DNA of 63,552 nucleotides, filler included, from Reclinomonas americana ATCC 50394 (Eukaryota): assembly GCA_048213135.1 (NCBI GenBank). It is 17 parts of 17 records of this genome, joined end to end, with 100 filler letters (N's around TTAATTAATTAA, not from the genome) between each part and the next. Parts side by side here need not be neighbours in the genome. Positions count along the whole stretch, not along the records: positions 1 to 9,234 come from AFZH01021213.1; positions 9,335 to 12,000 come from AFZH01021216.1; 15 more parts are not named here. One strand, 5' to 3'. The notes beneath the pieces are model-generated. The model was not told where the DNA came from. It saw only the letters and a list, made by a program, of their open reading frames with translations, and did not search any database. Position numbers and translations under genes: made by a program. Below, in pieces: positions 1 to 9,526 of this stretch (positions within the stretch are counted from its first letter, which is position 1; every line of letters starts with the position of its first letter).

Positions 1-322
1 CCTTTCCTCTCTCCCATTCCTCTCCCCTTTTCCACTCCTCCTTTCCTCTCCACCTTCCCTCTCTCCCTTTCCTCTCTCCCTTTCCTCTCCTCCTTTCCTC
101 TCCCCCTTGCCTCTCCCCCTTGCCTCTCCTCCTTTCCCCTCCCCCTTTCACTCCCCCTTTCACTCCCCTTGTCACTCTCCCCCTTGCCTCTCCTCCTTTC
201 CTCCCACCCCTTTCCTCTCCACCTTTCCTCTCCACCTTTCCTCCCACTCCTTTCCTCTCTCCCTTTCCTCCCTCCCACCCCTTATCCCCCTTCTCCCCCT
301 TTCCTTCTCCCCCGGCACACAG

Positions 323-548
323 CTACAGATCCCTGTGCACGGTCTGCATCACGCATCCGCACAAGTGCCACGCGCTGTTCCTGCATGTGCCCTCCCAGTG
401 TTGCGTGCAGCTCTCGACAGCACCCCCCTTTTGTTTTACGACTCTCTCACTACGCTCAGCGAGGGTCAAGGAGGAGGACCAGTTCGCGTTCGTAGTGGAG
501 CTGCTGGAGCGGTTGGCGGCGGCGGTGCATGAAGAAGAGGAGGCTTGA
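323..548 (+). CDS. 3' end of an unidentified spliced gene (last two exons, ...LQIPVHARVKEEDQFAFVVELLERLAAAVHEEEEA*)
   Basis: Polypyrimidine tract ending cacag, exon 323-341, GT..AG intron 342-459, exon 460-548 ending TGA. Phases are compatible. No family recognised. Confidence 0.45.
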
Positions 549-625
549 GATTTTTTGACACTGGGGTGATCATAGGCTTTTGCCTTCGGGTTCACTGAGC
601 GCACGAGTCTCGCAAGAAAGGCGCA

Positions 626-1122
626 TCAGGCGTCCTCGCCGCCATAGATAGCGTCGGTCACCATCTTGGAGACACCGGCGGCGACCGCACCCACTGCCGC
701 CTTGGTCGCCGCAGTGGCTCCTACGACGCCAGTCGATTGCAACGCGGCCACGCCGACTGCGAGAGCCTTGCCCACAACAGGGGTAGTGGCGGCCAGCGAC
801 ATCGCCTTGGCCGCGACGCTGCCGGCGGCGATACCAGCGGCACCAAAGCCGGCAGCCGCGACGACAAACGGAGTGCCGACGACGCCCGCCACCACGCCCA
901 CAGACAAGTGCGGGTGCTCCGTGACAAAGCCCCACACGGAGTCGACAAAGGTGCTCACAACGGAATCGTCGTTCTCCTCTGTGTGCGTACAAGAAATGGT
1001 GAGGGGCGAATGATGGTAAACCGGAACACGGACGCGCGCAACAAACCGCGGCAGGTGCCGGGGTGCGCAAGAGCGAAGAGACACATCGCGATGAGCGTAA
1101 TGCAAAGAGTGATGTTCTTCAT
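626..1122 (-). CDS. IFI6/IFI27 (ISG12)-family small hydrophobic protein with N-terminal signal peptide
   Basis: Exon 1122-1047 (MKNITLCITLIAMCLFALAHPGTCR), phase-1 intron 1046-979, exon 978-626. Contains AAGFGAAGIAAGSVAAKAMS...VAALQSTG, matching the ISG12 motif GF..GIAAGS.AA.MMS...VA.LQS.G. Confidence 0.8.
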
Positions 1123-1554
1123 GGTCAGCGCTCCGGGGGAAAGTGTGTCGGAAGAATAGGTTGCTGTCATGTGTTTGTGACAGGATCTAGAAGCCGTCGT
1201 GTCGGAAATGGAGTCGTGTTCGACGTAGGAAAACATGGGCGGTGGCCACGTGTCAACATACAGCTGGGGGCGACGATATTTCTAACGCGCAACTACAGAG
1301 TGTATGCACAGAAACAAGAGGGGCAGTCCAGAACGTAGGGTCAGCTGCAACAAAACACTTCCTTCACCACATTCCAATAATGCGACAAACGTCCACAAAT
1401 CCCTAGCCGACAATGACCTTGCCACACCATCAACATACAAAACGCATAATTACTCTTCTCCAACAGGCATCTTCCCTTTCAGTGCAATGGTATCAGCAAT
1501 TTACTATCTTACTCCCAATTTTACACGTACCCTCACATTCATCAAGAAGCCGTT

Positions 1555-2640
1555 TCACAGGTGCAACTGAGGATCAACAAGGCACCGATGTACCACTCCC
1601 TCCGCCTCCTCCACCAGAAAGCATCTCAGCACCAGCTCCGGTAAGCAACGTGAATCCACCACGTGCACTTCCCCATCTTGCATCTCCTGCACCGCCTGCA
1701 TCGCCGAACGCGCCCAATCGAGCTCGCTCCGAGCTAAGCCGCAAGGAGTGCACCACACTAGCACAGTATTGTCATAACCCCCACTGACAATGTGCTGCCC
1801 GTCCGGAGTGACGGCAACACATGACACCGTATCGGTGTGCCCCTCCAACCGATGCAATTCCTCACCGCTCGACAGCGACCACACGCGCACTGTCGTATCA
1901 TCACTGCAACTCACAATGTACATGCCGTTGAGAGTAACAGTGACAACGCGGACCGCACTGGAGTGCCCCTCCAGTCGTCGCGTCTCCACGCCACGCGCCA
2001 GCGACCACACACGCACTGTCCTATCATAACTCCCGCTCACAACGTGCTGGCCGTTGGGAGTGATGGCGAGAGACCACACCGAATCGGCGTGACCCTCCAG
2101 TCGTTGCACTTCTTCGCCACTCTCCATCGACCACACTCGTATTGTTGCATCACCGCTGCCGCTGACAACGTGCCGACCGTCGGGCGTGATGGCGACAGCT
2201 GACACCCACACAATGTGTCCTCTCAATAGCCACACGACCTCGCCGGTCGCCAGCGACCACACTCGCACTGTCATGTCGTCACTCCCGCTCACAAGGCGTT
2301 CACCGTTCCGAGTGATGACCACCGAGTGCACCCAGTTCGCGTGTCCCCTCACCTGTCGCACTTCTTCTCCAGTCGCCAACAACCATACACGCACAGTCGT
2401 GTCCGCGCTCCCGCTCACCACGAATCGACCATCGGGGGCGACGCTGACAGATGTAACCTCACGAGTGTGTCCAGTCAACCGTCGCACTTCCGCGCCAGTC
2501 GCCAGCGACCACACGCGTATCGCTCCATCGCCACATCCACCGACAACGAAGCGACCGTCGGGAGTGATGGCGAGGGACCACACAGTGGTGGTGACTCCCT
2601 CCAGCAGGCATTTTCGGAGGAAGAGGGGAGGGGTGGACAT
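1555..2640 (-). CDS. WD40 array copy 1: intronless 7-repeat WD40 protein plus conserved ~60-aa C-terminal tail
   Basis: Starts MSTPPLFLRKC (ATG 2640). Seven ~42-aa GH...TPDG...SG..D.TVRVW repeats. Tail CTPCGLARSEL...RCLPELVLRCFLVEEAE...DPQLHL. Confidence 0.9.
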   Translation of the reverse strand: MSTPPLFLRKCLLEGVTTTVWSLAITPDGRFVVGGCGDGAIRVWSLATGAEVRRLTGHTREVTSVSVAPDGRFVVSGSADTTVRVWLLATGEEVRQVRGHANWVHSVVITRNGERLVSGSDDMTVRVWSLATGEVVWLLRGHIVWVSAVAITPDGRHVVSGSGDATIRVWSMESGEEVQRLEGHADSVWSLAITPNGQHVVSGSYDRTVRVWSLARGVETRRLEGHSSAVRVVTVTLNGMYIVSCSDDTTVRVWSLSSGEELHRLEGHTDTVSCVAVTPDGQHIVSGGYDNTVLVWCTPCGLARSELDWARSAMQAVQEMQDGEVHVVDSRCLPELVLRCFLVEEAEGVVHRCLVDPQLHL

Positions 2641-3055
2641 GGGAGGGTGGAGAGAGGGTGGGAGGGGGAGATGAGAGGCGTAAGGGGAAGAGGGTGTGGA
2701 GGTGGTGGGATGGGATTGCGTGCACGCGAGTGTGCGAAATAAAAGAAGTGAATTGACGCAGGACGCGGCATACACGAAGAGCTGCACTCCTGAAGGCCTA
2801 CCGAGACGGGGGGCTCATCGCACGATGGAAAAAGAGGAAGAATTATCGTGCACGCATTCGCAGTTGAGGAAAGTGAAGCTCTCAAGAATCAGGTCTCCAC
2901 AACAGTGCAGTGCAACACCACTTTCGATCAATCGCCCTTCCAGCACCTCCTGCACCGCCTGCATCGACAGTAAGCCGCGTTCATCGACGACTTTATTCAA
3001 CAACACTTGAGTACCCAGTTTTGCAATCCCTTCCAGAACACTTCCCCATGAATCG

Positions 3056-4045
3056 TCACTCTCCTCCCACACAGCTACCCTCCTCTTGTCGGCATCGTCT
3101 CCGTTTCCGCCCCACCCCAATAATGGCCTCGCCGCGCGGCTTCACCTCACCCGTCACCGGATCGCTGGCGTTGGCGGCCAGCCACTGCACTGCGTGCCTC
3201 TCGAGATCTCCCACCGGCACGCCGGCATACGTGGCCAGGTCCTGCATCACCGGCATGCGCACAATGGCTTCCACCGCCTCGGCGGCCGACTGGAAAGTGG
3301 CGACCGGCTCCAGTGGCACCAGCGACGCGCGACAGTCACAAAACCCGGCCTCGCGCAACAGCTGCTCCATGCACTCGGTGGTGGGAATGGAGAGCGCACG
3401 CTGGATGCTGGCCGGCTGACCCTCCAGCGGCCGCCCCAACAACTCACTCGCAATCGTCAGCAGCCAGCCCACGTCTTCGTTGGAGGCCCACGAGCTGATC
3501 ACCACGGTGCCACGCGGTCCGCTGTCGTCGTCGTCGTCCTCCTCCTCCTCAGCAAACTTGAGCACTCGCAACATCTCTCGCAAGGCGGCGACTTGATCCG
3601 CAAAGAAGATCAGACCCCATCCGCACACCACCAGATCCACGGACTCGTCGGCGAACAGCGGGTGAAGGCACTGTGCATCTTGCACCACTCCGCGAATGAA
3701 TCGACGCAGGTCGCCCGACGCATGCTGCGCAGCACTGCGCAGCACAGTCTCAATCATGCGCGGAGCAATGTCCACTGCAGTGACGCTGCTGCTGCTGCTG
3801 CTGTGCGCATCCGTGGAAGCAAAGTGCTCGGCCGCCAGCAGCGACACAGGTCCACACCCGCACGCAATGTCCGCCACATGCAGTGGTGGCGCCGCCGCCG
3901 CGGAGGTCGTGGTCGGAAAAAAGCCGGCGGCGGACAACATGAGGCGCGCCATGAGGTCGGCCACGGGCCCGAAGCGTGCGAGTGCCTCACTGCCCTTGTC
4001 CCAGCCCTCGCTGGTGAAGGAGGCGGTGCCGTCGTCGTCGCTCAT
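3056..4045 (-). CDS. Class I SAM-dependent methyltransferase (UbiE/Methyltransf_11-like), intronless
   Basis: Motif I VADIACGCG, post-I VTAVDIAPRMI, then QDAQCL..FADESVDLVVCGWGLIFF..QVAALREMLRVLK. Likely start MSDDDG at 4045. Confidence 0.85.
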   Translation of the reverse strand: MSDDDGTASFTSEGWDKGSEALARFGPVADLMARLMLSAAGFFPTTTSAAAAPPLHVADIACGCGPVSLLAAEHFASTDAHSSSSSSVTAVDIAPRMIETVLRSAAQHASGDLRRFIRGVVQDAQCLHPLFADESVDLVVCGWGLIFFADQVAALREMLRVLKFAEEEEDDDDDSGPRGTVVISSWASNEDVGWLLTIASELLGRPLEGQPASIQRALSIPTTECMEQLLREAGFCDCRASLVPLEPVATFQSAAEAVEAIVRMPVMQDLATYAGVPVGDLERHAVQWLAANASDPVTGEVKPRGEAIIGVGRKRRRCRQEEGSCVGGE

Positions 4046-4221
4046 GCACGCCAATGAAAAAAAGTGATTTGCGGACGCGGACGAATGGGACAACAGCGAA
4101 GTGAAGGAGCCCTGGCGTGCCATTGGCGCAGTTTTCATTCACTCTTTTCTCCCCCTCACCCACTCTCTACTATTACACCTCCTATCTCGCGATCGACAAG
4201 CTTAATGCAGCAGACGCTCGC

Positions 4222-5325
4222 TCACGGTTCTGATGAAAGATACAACCACGTTTCCTCAACAGCGACGCACCGATGCACCACAGCCTCCGCCTCCTCGACT
4301 ATGAAGCAGCGCAGAACCATCTCGGGCAGGCACCGCGAATCCACCATCACCTCCTCGTCTTGCATTTCCTGCACGGCCTGCAACGCCCTGCGAGCCGTGT
4401 CGACGTCGCTGCGAGCGAGCCCGCGCGGCGTGGACCACACTCGGATCGTGTTGTCTGTGCCTCCGCTCACAATATGCTGCCCGTCGGGTGCCACCGCCAG
4501 GCACCACACTGCGCCAGTGTGTCCATCCAGCCGCTGCACTTCTTCGCCCGTCGCCAGTGACCACACCCGCACACTCATGTCCTCACCTCCACTCACAATG
4601 TGCTGACCGTCGGGGGTGATGGCAACACACAGAACTGCCTCGCTGTGACCCTCCAACACTTGCGATTCCTCCCTACTCACTGTCGACCACACTCGTACGG
4701 TCGCGTCGTCACCCGCACTCGCAATGTGCTGACCGTCGGGAGTAAAGGCGACAGACCACACCGCCCCGGTGTGACCCTCGAAGTTACGCCCTTGCTTTCC
4801 CGTCGCCACCGACCACATTCGCACCGTCGCATCACCGCTGGCACTCGCGATGTGTTGGCCATCGTGGCTGACGGCAGCGGACAGCACCTTGTCATCGTGG
4901 CCCTGCAACAGTTGCACCTCCTCAAACTCGTCAGTCATCGACCACACGCGAACTGTCTTGTCAAAGCTGCCGCTGACGATGCGCTGGTTGTCGGGAGTAA
5001 CGGCGACAGACCGCACCCAGTGAGCATGCCCGTCGAGTTGTCGGACCTCCTCGCCAGACGCCAGTGACCACACTCGTATTGTCAGATCCCAACTCCCACT
5101 GACAGCATACTGGCCGTCGGGAGTGACGGCCACACACTGCACAAAGCCAGCATGTCCCTCAAACCGTCGCACCTCCTCGCCACTCACCAACGACCACACT
5201 CGTGCTGTCTTGTCCTTGCTGCCGCTCACAACAAACTGGCAGTCGGGAGTGACGGCGAGGGACCACAGCGTGGCAGTGTGACCCACCAGCGAGCACTTGT
5301 GGAGGAAGAGAGGCGTGGTGGACAT
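4222..5325 (-). CDS. WD40 array copy 2: 7-repeat WD40 protein plus conserved tail
   Basis: Starts MSTTPLFLHKC (ATG 5325). Seven WD40 repeats. Tail ...RCLPEMVLRCFIVEEAE. Confidence 0.9.
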   Translation of the reverse strand: MSTTPLFLHKCSLVGHTATLWSLAVTPDCQFVVSGSKDKTARVWSLVSGEEVRRFEGHAGFVQCVAVTPDGQYAVSGSWDLTIRVWSLASGEEVRQLDGHAHWVRSVAVTPDNQRIVSGSFDKTVRVWSMTDEFEEVQLLQGHDDKVLSAAVSHDGQHIASASGDATVRMWSVATGKQGRNFEGHTGAVWSVAFTPDGQHIASAGDDATVRVWSTVSREESQVLEGHSEAVLCVAITPDGQHIVSGGEDMSVRVWSLATGEEVQRLDGHTGAVWCLAVAPDGQHIVSGGTDNTIRVWSTPRGLARSDVDTARRALQAVQEMQDEEVMVDSRCLPEMVLRCFIVEEAEAVVHRCVAVEETWLYLSSEP

Positions 5326-5510
5326 GTGGGGATGAGGGACTGGTATGCGGAGCTCTCCAAACAGGATCGAAAGAAAACAAGAGGCAAGCGGACAGACAAT
5401 GGCGTGCCAAAAAGAGATTTTGTCCGACCAAAGCAGATCAACACAAACGTACCTCGCTGGTTCATTAACACTGTAGCCATCGACTTCAAGTAAACGCTCC
5501 CGTAGCGCCG

Positions 5511-6587
5511 TTACAGGTGCAACTGGGGATCCGCAAGGCACCGATGCAGCACGACCTCCGCCTCCTCCACCAGGAAGCACCGCATCGCCATCTCTGGCAA
5601 GCAGCGCGAATCCTCCACCTCCCCAGCTTGCATCTCTTGCACCGCGCGCATCGCCAACCGCGCCTGGGCGAGCTCGCCACGAGCAAAACCGCAAGGAGTG
5701 CACCACACACTCACAACTCTATCAATACTGCCGCCCACAACGTGCTCACCATCGGGAGTGACGGCAACGGATGCCACAATAGACGTGTGCCCCTCCAGTC
5801 GTCGCGCCTCTCCACTCGCCAGCGACCATACGCACACAGTGCTGTCATCACTTCCACTGACCACGTACTGACCGCTGCGGGTGATGGCAACGGAGCGGAC
5901 CGCACTTGAGTGCCCTTTTAGTCGTCGCACCTCCTCGCCACTCGCCAGCGACCACACACGCATGGTGTTGTCGAAACTCCCGCTCACAACGAGGAGGCCG
6001 TCGGGAGTGACGGCGACAGCAAACACCGAATCATCGTGTCCCTCCAGCCGTCGCAGTTCCTCGCCGCTCACCAACGACCACAGTCGTATCGTCGTATCAC
6101 CGCTCCCAGTGAGAACGTGCTGACCGTCGGGCATGATGGCGACAGAGAGCACCGGCTCTGTGTGTCCCTCCAACCGTCGCACCTCCTCGCCACTCGTGGC
6201 AGACCACACGCGCACGGTGGCATCGAAACTCCCGCTCACAATCGAGCGGCCTTCAGGTGTCACAGCGACAGAGTACACCCAGTTTCTGTGCCCCTCCAAT
6301 CGCCGCACCTCCTCGCCACTCGCCAGTGACCACACGCGCACTGTCTTGTCGGCACTGCCACTCACGACATGGAGACCGTTGGGAGTGACGGCAACCGACA
6401 GCACCATGTCAGTGTGTCCCTCCAGCCGTCGCACTTCCTCGACACTCACCAGTGACCACACACGAATCGCTCCATCGCCACAGCCACCGACGAGGAACTG
6501 GCCGTCGGGAGTGACGGTGACCGAGTGCACAGCGGCGGTGAGTCCCTGCAGCGAGTGCTTGCAGAGAAGGAGAGGAGGGGTGGACAT
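5511..6587 (-). CDS. WD40 array copy 3: 7-repeat WD40 protein plus conserved tail
   Basis: Starts MSTPPLLLCKH (ATG 6587). Seven repeats. Tail ...RCLPEMAMRCFLVEEAE...DPQLHL. Confidence 0.9.
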   Translation of the reverse strand: MSTPPLLLCKHSLQGLTAAVHSVTVTPDGQFLVGGCGDGAIRVWSLVSVEEVRRLEGHTDMVLSVAVTPNGLHVVSGSADKTVRVWSLASGEEVRRLEGHRNWVYSVAVTPEGRSIVSGSFDATVRVWSATSGEEVRRLEGHTEPVLSVAIMPDGQHVLTGSGDTTIRLWSLVSGEELRRLEGHDDSVFAVAVTPDGLLVVSGSFDNTMRVWSLASGEEVRRLKGHSSAVRSVAITRSGQYVVSGSDDSTVCVWSLASGEARRLEGHTSIVASVAVTPDGEHVVGGSIDRVVSVWCTPCGFARGELAQARLAMRAVQEMQAGEVEDSRCLPEMAMRCFLVEEAEVVLHRCLADPQLHL

Positions 6588-7004
6588 GGGAGAGGGAAAG
6601 GGCGGGAGAGAGCGGGAGAAAAGGGAGAGGGAAGGGAGGGAGAGTGAGGGGGGAAGGGAGGGAGGGAAGAGTGTGTGAGAGGGACGAGCGAAACTTTGAT
6701 GAGGGGGAGAGTGTGAGGTGAGAGGTGTGAGAGAGGGAGAGAGGGGGACTTGTGGAAGTGTGTGTGTGAGATGGAAGGAGGAGAGAGAAGAACGATGCAA
6801 CGAGCGAGGGGAGAGAGAGAAAGAGAGAACGGAGGAGAAGAGCGAGGCTACACGTGCGCTATACAAACAAGTACGCATGAAATGGGACGACGGACGAACC
6901 GCATGCAGCGTGCACAACAAGCTTCACTTCTTAAGGCATGCCGAGTAAGAAGACCCATCATGCGATGGGGAAAAAGAGGAGTAGTTTTGGCAGCTGCAGT
7001 TAGC

Positions 7005-7757
7005 TCACAGGTGCAACTGGGGATCAACAAGACATCGATGCACCACAGCCTCGGCCTCCTCCACCATAAAGCAGCGCAACACCATCTCTGGTAAGCAGCG
7101 CGAATCCACCACCTCCCCGTCTTGCATCTCCTGCACAGCCTCCATAGCCGACCGCGCCCAGTCGACCTCGCCACGAGCAAAGCTGAATGGCGTGCACCAC
7201 ACGCGCACAGTTTTATCAAGACTGCCGCTGACAATGTGCTGGCCATCCGGGGTGACGGCAACCGACGTTACAGTTGCGGTGTGCCCCTCTAGCCGACACA
7301 CTTCATCGCCACTCGCCAGCGACCACACGCGCACGGTGGTGTCGGCGCTGCCAATCACAACGTGCTCGCCATCGGGAGTAAGAGCGACCGAGCGGACCGC
7401 GCCGTCGTGACCCTCCAGCCGCCGAACCTCCTCGCCACTCGCCAGCGACCACACACGCACTGTCTTGTCCCAACTCCCGCTCACAACGTGCTGGCCGTCG
7501 CGAGTGACGACGGCAGCAAACACTAAATCCGTGTGACCCTCCAACCTTTGTAGCTCCTCGCCACTCGCCAGAGACCACACCCGAATCGACATGTCACCGC
7601 TCGCGCTGACAACGTGCTGACCATCGGGCGTGACGGTGACAGACAGCACCGGATCCGTGTGTCCACGACATCGCAGCACTTCCTCGCCACTCGTGGCACA
7701 CCATATCTGCACTGTTTCGTCGTTGCTTCCGCTCATAATGTAACGAGCATCGGGAGT
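7005..7757 (-). pseudogene. WD40 array copy 4: 5'-truncated (about 4.5 repeats plus intact tail)
   Basis: Homology begins mid-repeat at TPDARYIMSG (~7757) and directly abuts the conserved upstream element. The MST-P start and first ~2.5 repeats are missing. Confidence 0.7.
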
Positions 7758-7920
7758 GCGCAAGTGTGTGACAGCGAAAGTAACGACAGGACGACGGACG
7801 CGTCGACAAATGCATGATCCAAGACGCAAAAGCTTCACTTCTTGAGGCGCAACCAAGAAAGGAGACCCATCGTGCGATGCACATAGTCAGAGTGTACTTG
7901 CAGGCATTTGGTTGCGAAGC

Positions 7921-9007
7921 TCACAGATGCAACTGGGGATCAACAAGACATCGATGCAACACGACCTCCGCTTCCTCCACCATGAAGCATCGCAGCGCCA
8001 ACTCCGGCAAGCAGCGCGAATGCACTTCGTCCTCGTCTTGCATCTCCTGCACTGCCTGCATTGCCGACCTCGCCTGCGCGAGCTCGCTTCGAGCAAAGCT
8101 ACAGGGAGTGCACCACACGCGCACAATCCTGTCATAACCGGCACTCATAATGTGCTGGCCGTCCGGAGCGACGGCGACAGCGGCTATCGGAGCAGTGTGC
8201 CCTTTCAGCCGACATCTTTCCTCCCCACTCGCCAGCGACCACACATGCACGTACATATTCTTGGCATCGCCGCTCGCACTGACCATGTGCAGGCCGTCGG
8301 GAGTAAGAGAGACAGCGCGGACCGCCCCAGCGTCCCTTCAATCGTCGCACTTGCTTGCCACTCGCCAGAGACCACACAAGCACTGTCTTGTCCCAGCTCC
8401 CGCTCACGACGTACTGGCCGTCGGGAGTGACGGCGACAGAGTACACCGTATCAGTGTGACCCTCCAATCGTCGCAGCTCCTCCCCACTCGCCAACGACCA
8501 TACACGCACTGTGTTATCTCCGCCTCCACTCACCACGTGCTGAGCATCGGGCGTAATCGCAACAGAGAGCACCCCACGACAGCGTCCCTCCAGCAGTTGC
8601 ACGTTCTTGCGGGTCGCCAGTGCCCCCACGCGAACGGAAGAGTCGAAACTCCCACTCACCACGTAACAGCCATCTGGAGTGACGGCGACAGACAACACGC
8701 ACTCAGTGTGTTCCCGTATGCTTCGCACTTGCTTGCCACTCACCAGCGACCAAATGCGCACTGTCTTATCCGCACTGCCACTCACAACATGCTGACCATC
8801 GGGAGTGATGGCGACACACAGCACCTCATCAGTGTGTCCTTCCAGCCTTCGCTCTTCCACGCTGCTCGCCAGCGACCACACTCGCACGGTGCTGTCAGCA
8901 CCGCCACTCACAATGTGCTGACCATCGGGAGTGACGGCGAGGGACCACACCACGTCGGTGTGTCCCTCCAGTGAGTGTTTGCAGAGAAGGAGAGGAGAGG
9001 TGGACAT
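7921..9007 (-). pseudogene. WD40 array copy 5: 7 repeats plus tail, frameshifted in repeat 6
   Basis: Starts MSTSPLLLCKH (ATG 9007). At ~8332 GGACGCT replaces the expected GGACACGCT (2-nt loss), splitting ORFs 8132-9007 and 7921-8286. Could be a sequencing error. Confidence 0.7.
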
Positions 9008-9014
9008 GGTAAAG

Positions 9015-9074
<60 letters not shown>

Positions 9075-9234
9075 TGTGTGAGAGAGAGAGAGAGAGAGAG
9101 TGTGAGAGGAGGAGGAGGAGGAGGAGAGAGAGAGGAGCGGCGAGTGTGAGAGAGAGACGACGACGACGACGACGTCGGTCGGTCGGTCGGTACGGTACGG
9201 TAACGGTTAAGGTAACGGTAACGGTAAACGGTAA

Positions 9235-9334
9235 NNNNNNNNNNNNNNNNNNNNNNNNNNNNNNNNNNNNNNNNNNNNTTAATTAATTAANNNNNNNNNN
9301 NNNNNNNNNNNNNNNNNNNNNNNNNNNNNNNNNN
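9235..9334. other. Assembly gap/linker, first of 16 (others start at 12001, 14520, 19166, 23689, 25280, 26593, 38392, 46016, 47737, 50845, 53127, 55676, 58021, 59793, 62181)
   Basis: Each is exactly 100 nt: 44 N + TTAATTAATTAA (six-frame stop) + 44 N. MCM10, ATG7, FANCJ and the NACHT gene continue collinearly across them. Confidence 0.97.
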
Positions 9335-9526
9335 TCCCCCCTCCTCTCTCTCTCTGCCTCTAAACACACACTCTTTCAAACGCTGAGAGACTTAAGGTGT
9401 CGTGTTAAGCAACAGAAAACAGACCTTAACCCTCACTCTCTTCACACTCTCTTCCCCCACTTTCTCTCACTTGTCCCTCCCTCCCTCCTCCCTCACTCCC
9501 TCTCTCCCCTTCTCTCCCCCTCACAG

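Noticed and set aside
5326..5706. N-terminal extensions of the WD40 ORFs in the ORF track (494, 469, 410 aa versions)
   Set aside because: They run through CT-rich upstream DNA or the neighbouring gene's tail. The paralog-conserved start is MST(P/T/S)PL.
1790..8974. Many + strand ORFs with repeating SDHTRT/RQRPH motifs (also minus-strand ORFs at 49031-50461)
   Set aside because: Antisense or off-frame shadows of the WD40 repeats.
9157..9234. Odd GACGACGTCGGTCGGTACGGTAACGG progression (similar at 23608-23688 and ~11970-12000)
   Set aside because: Occurs only at contig ends after long microsatellites and resembles dephased flow-sequencing read tails. Most likely noise.
9279..9290. Recurrent TTAATTAATTAA palindrome (16 copies)
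   Set aside because: Always centred in exactly 100-nt N blocks. It is an artificial six-frame-stop spacer, not a biological motif.
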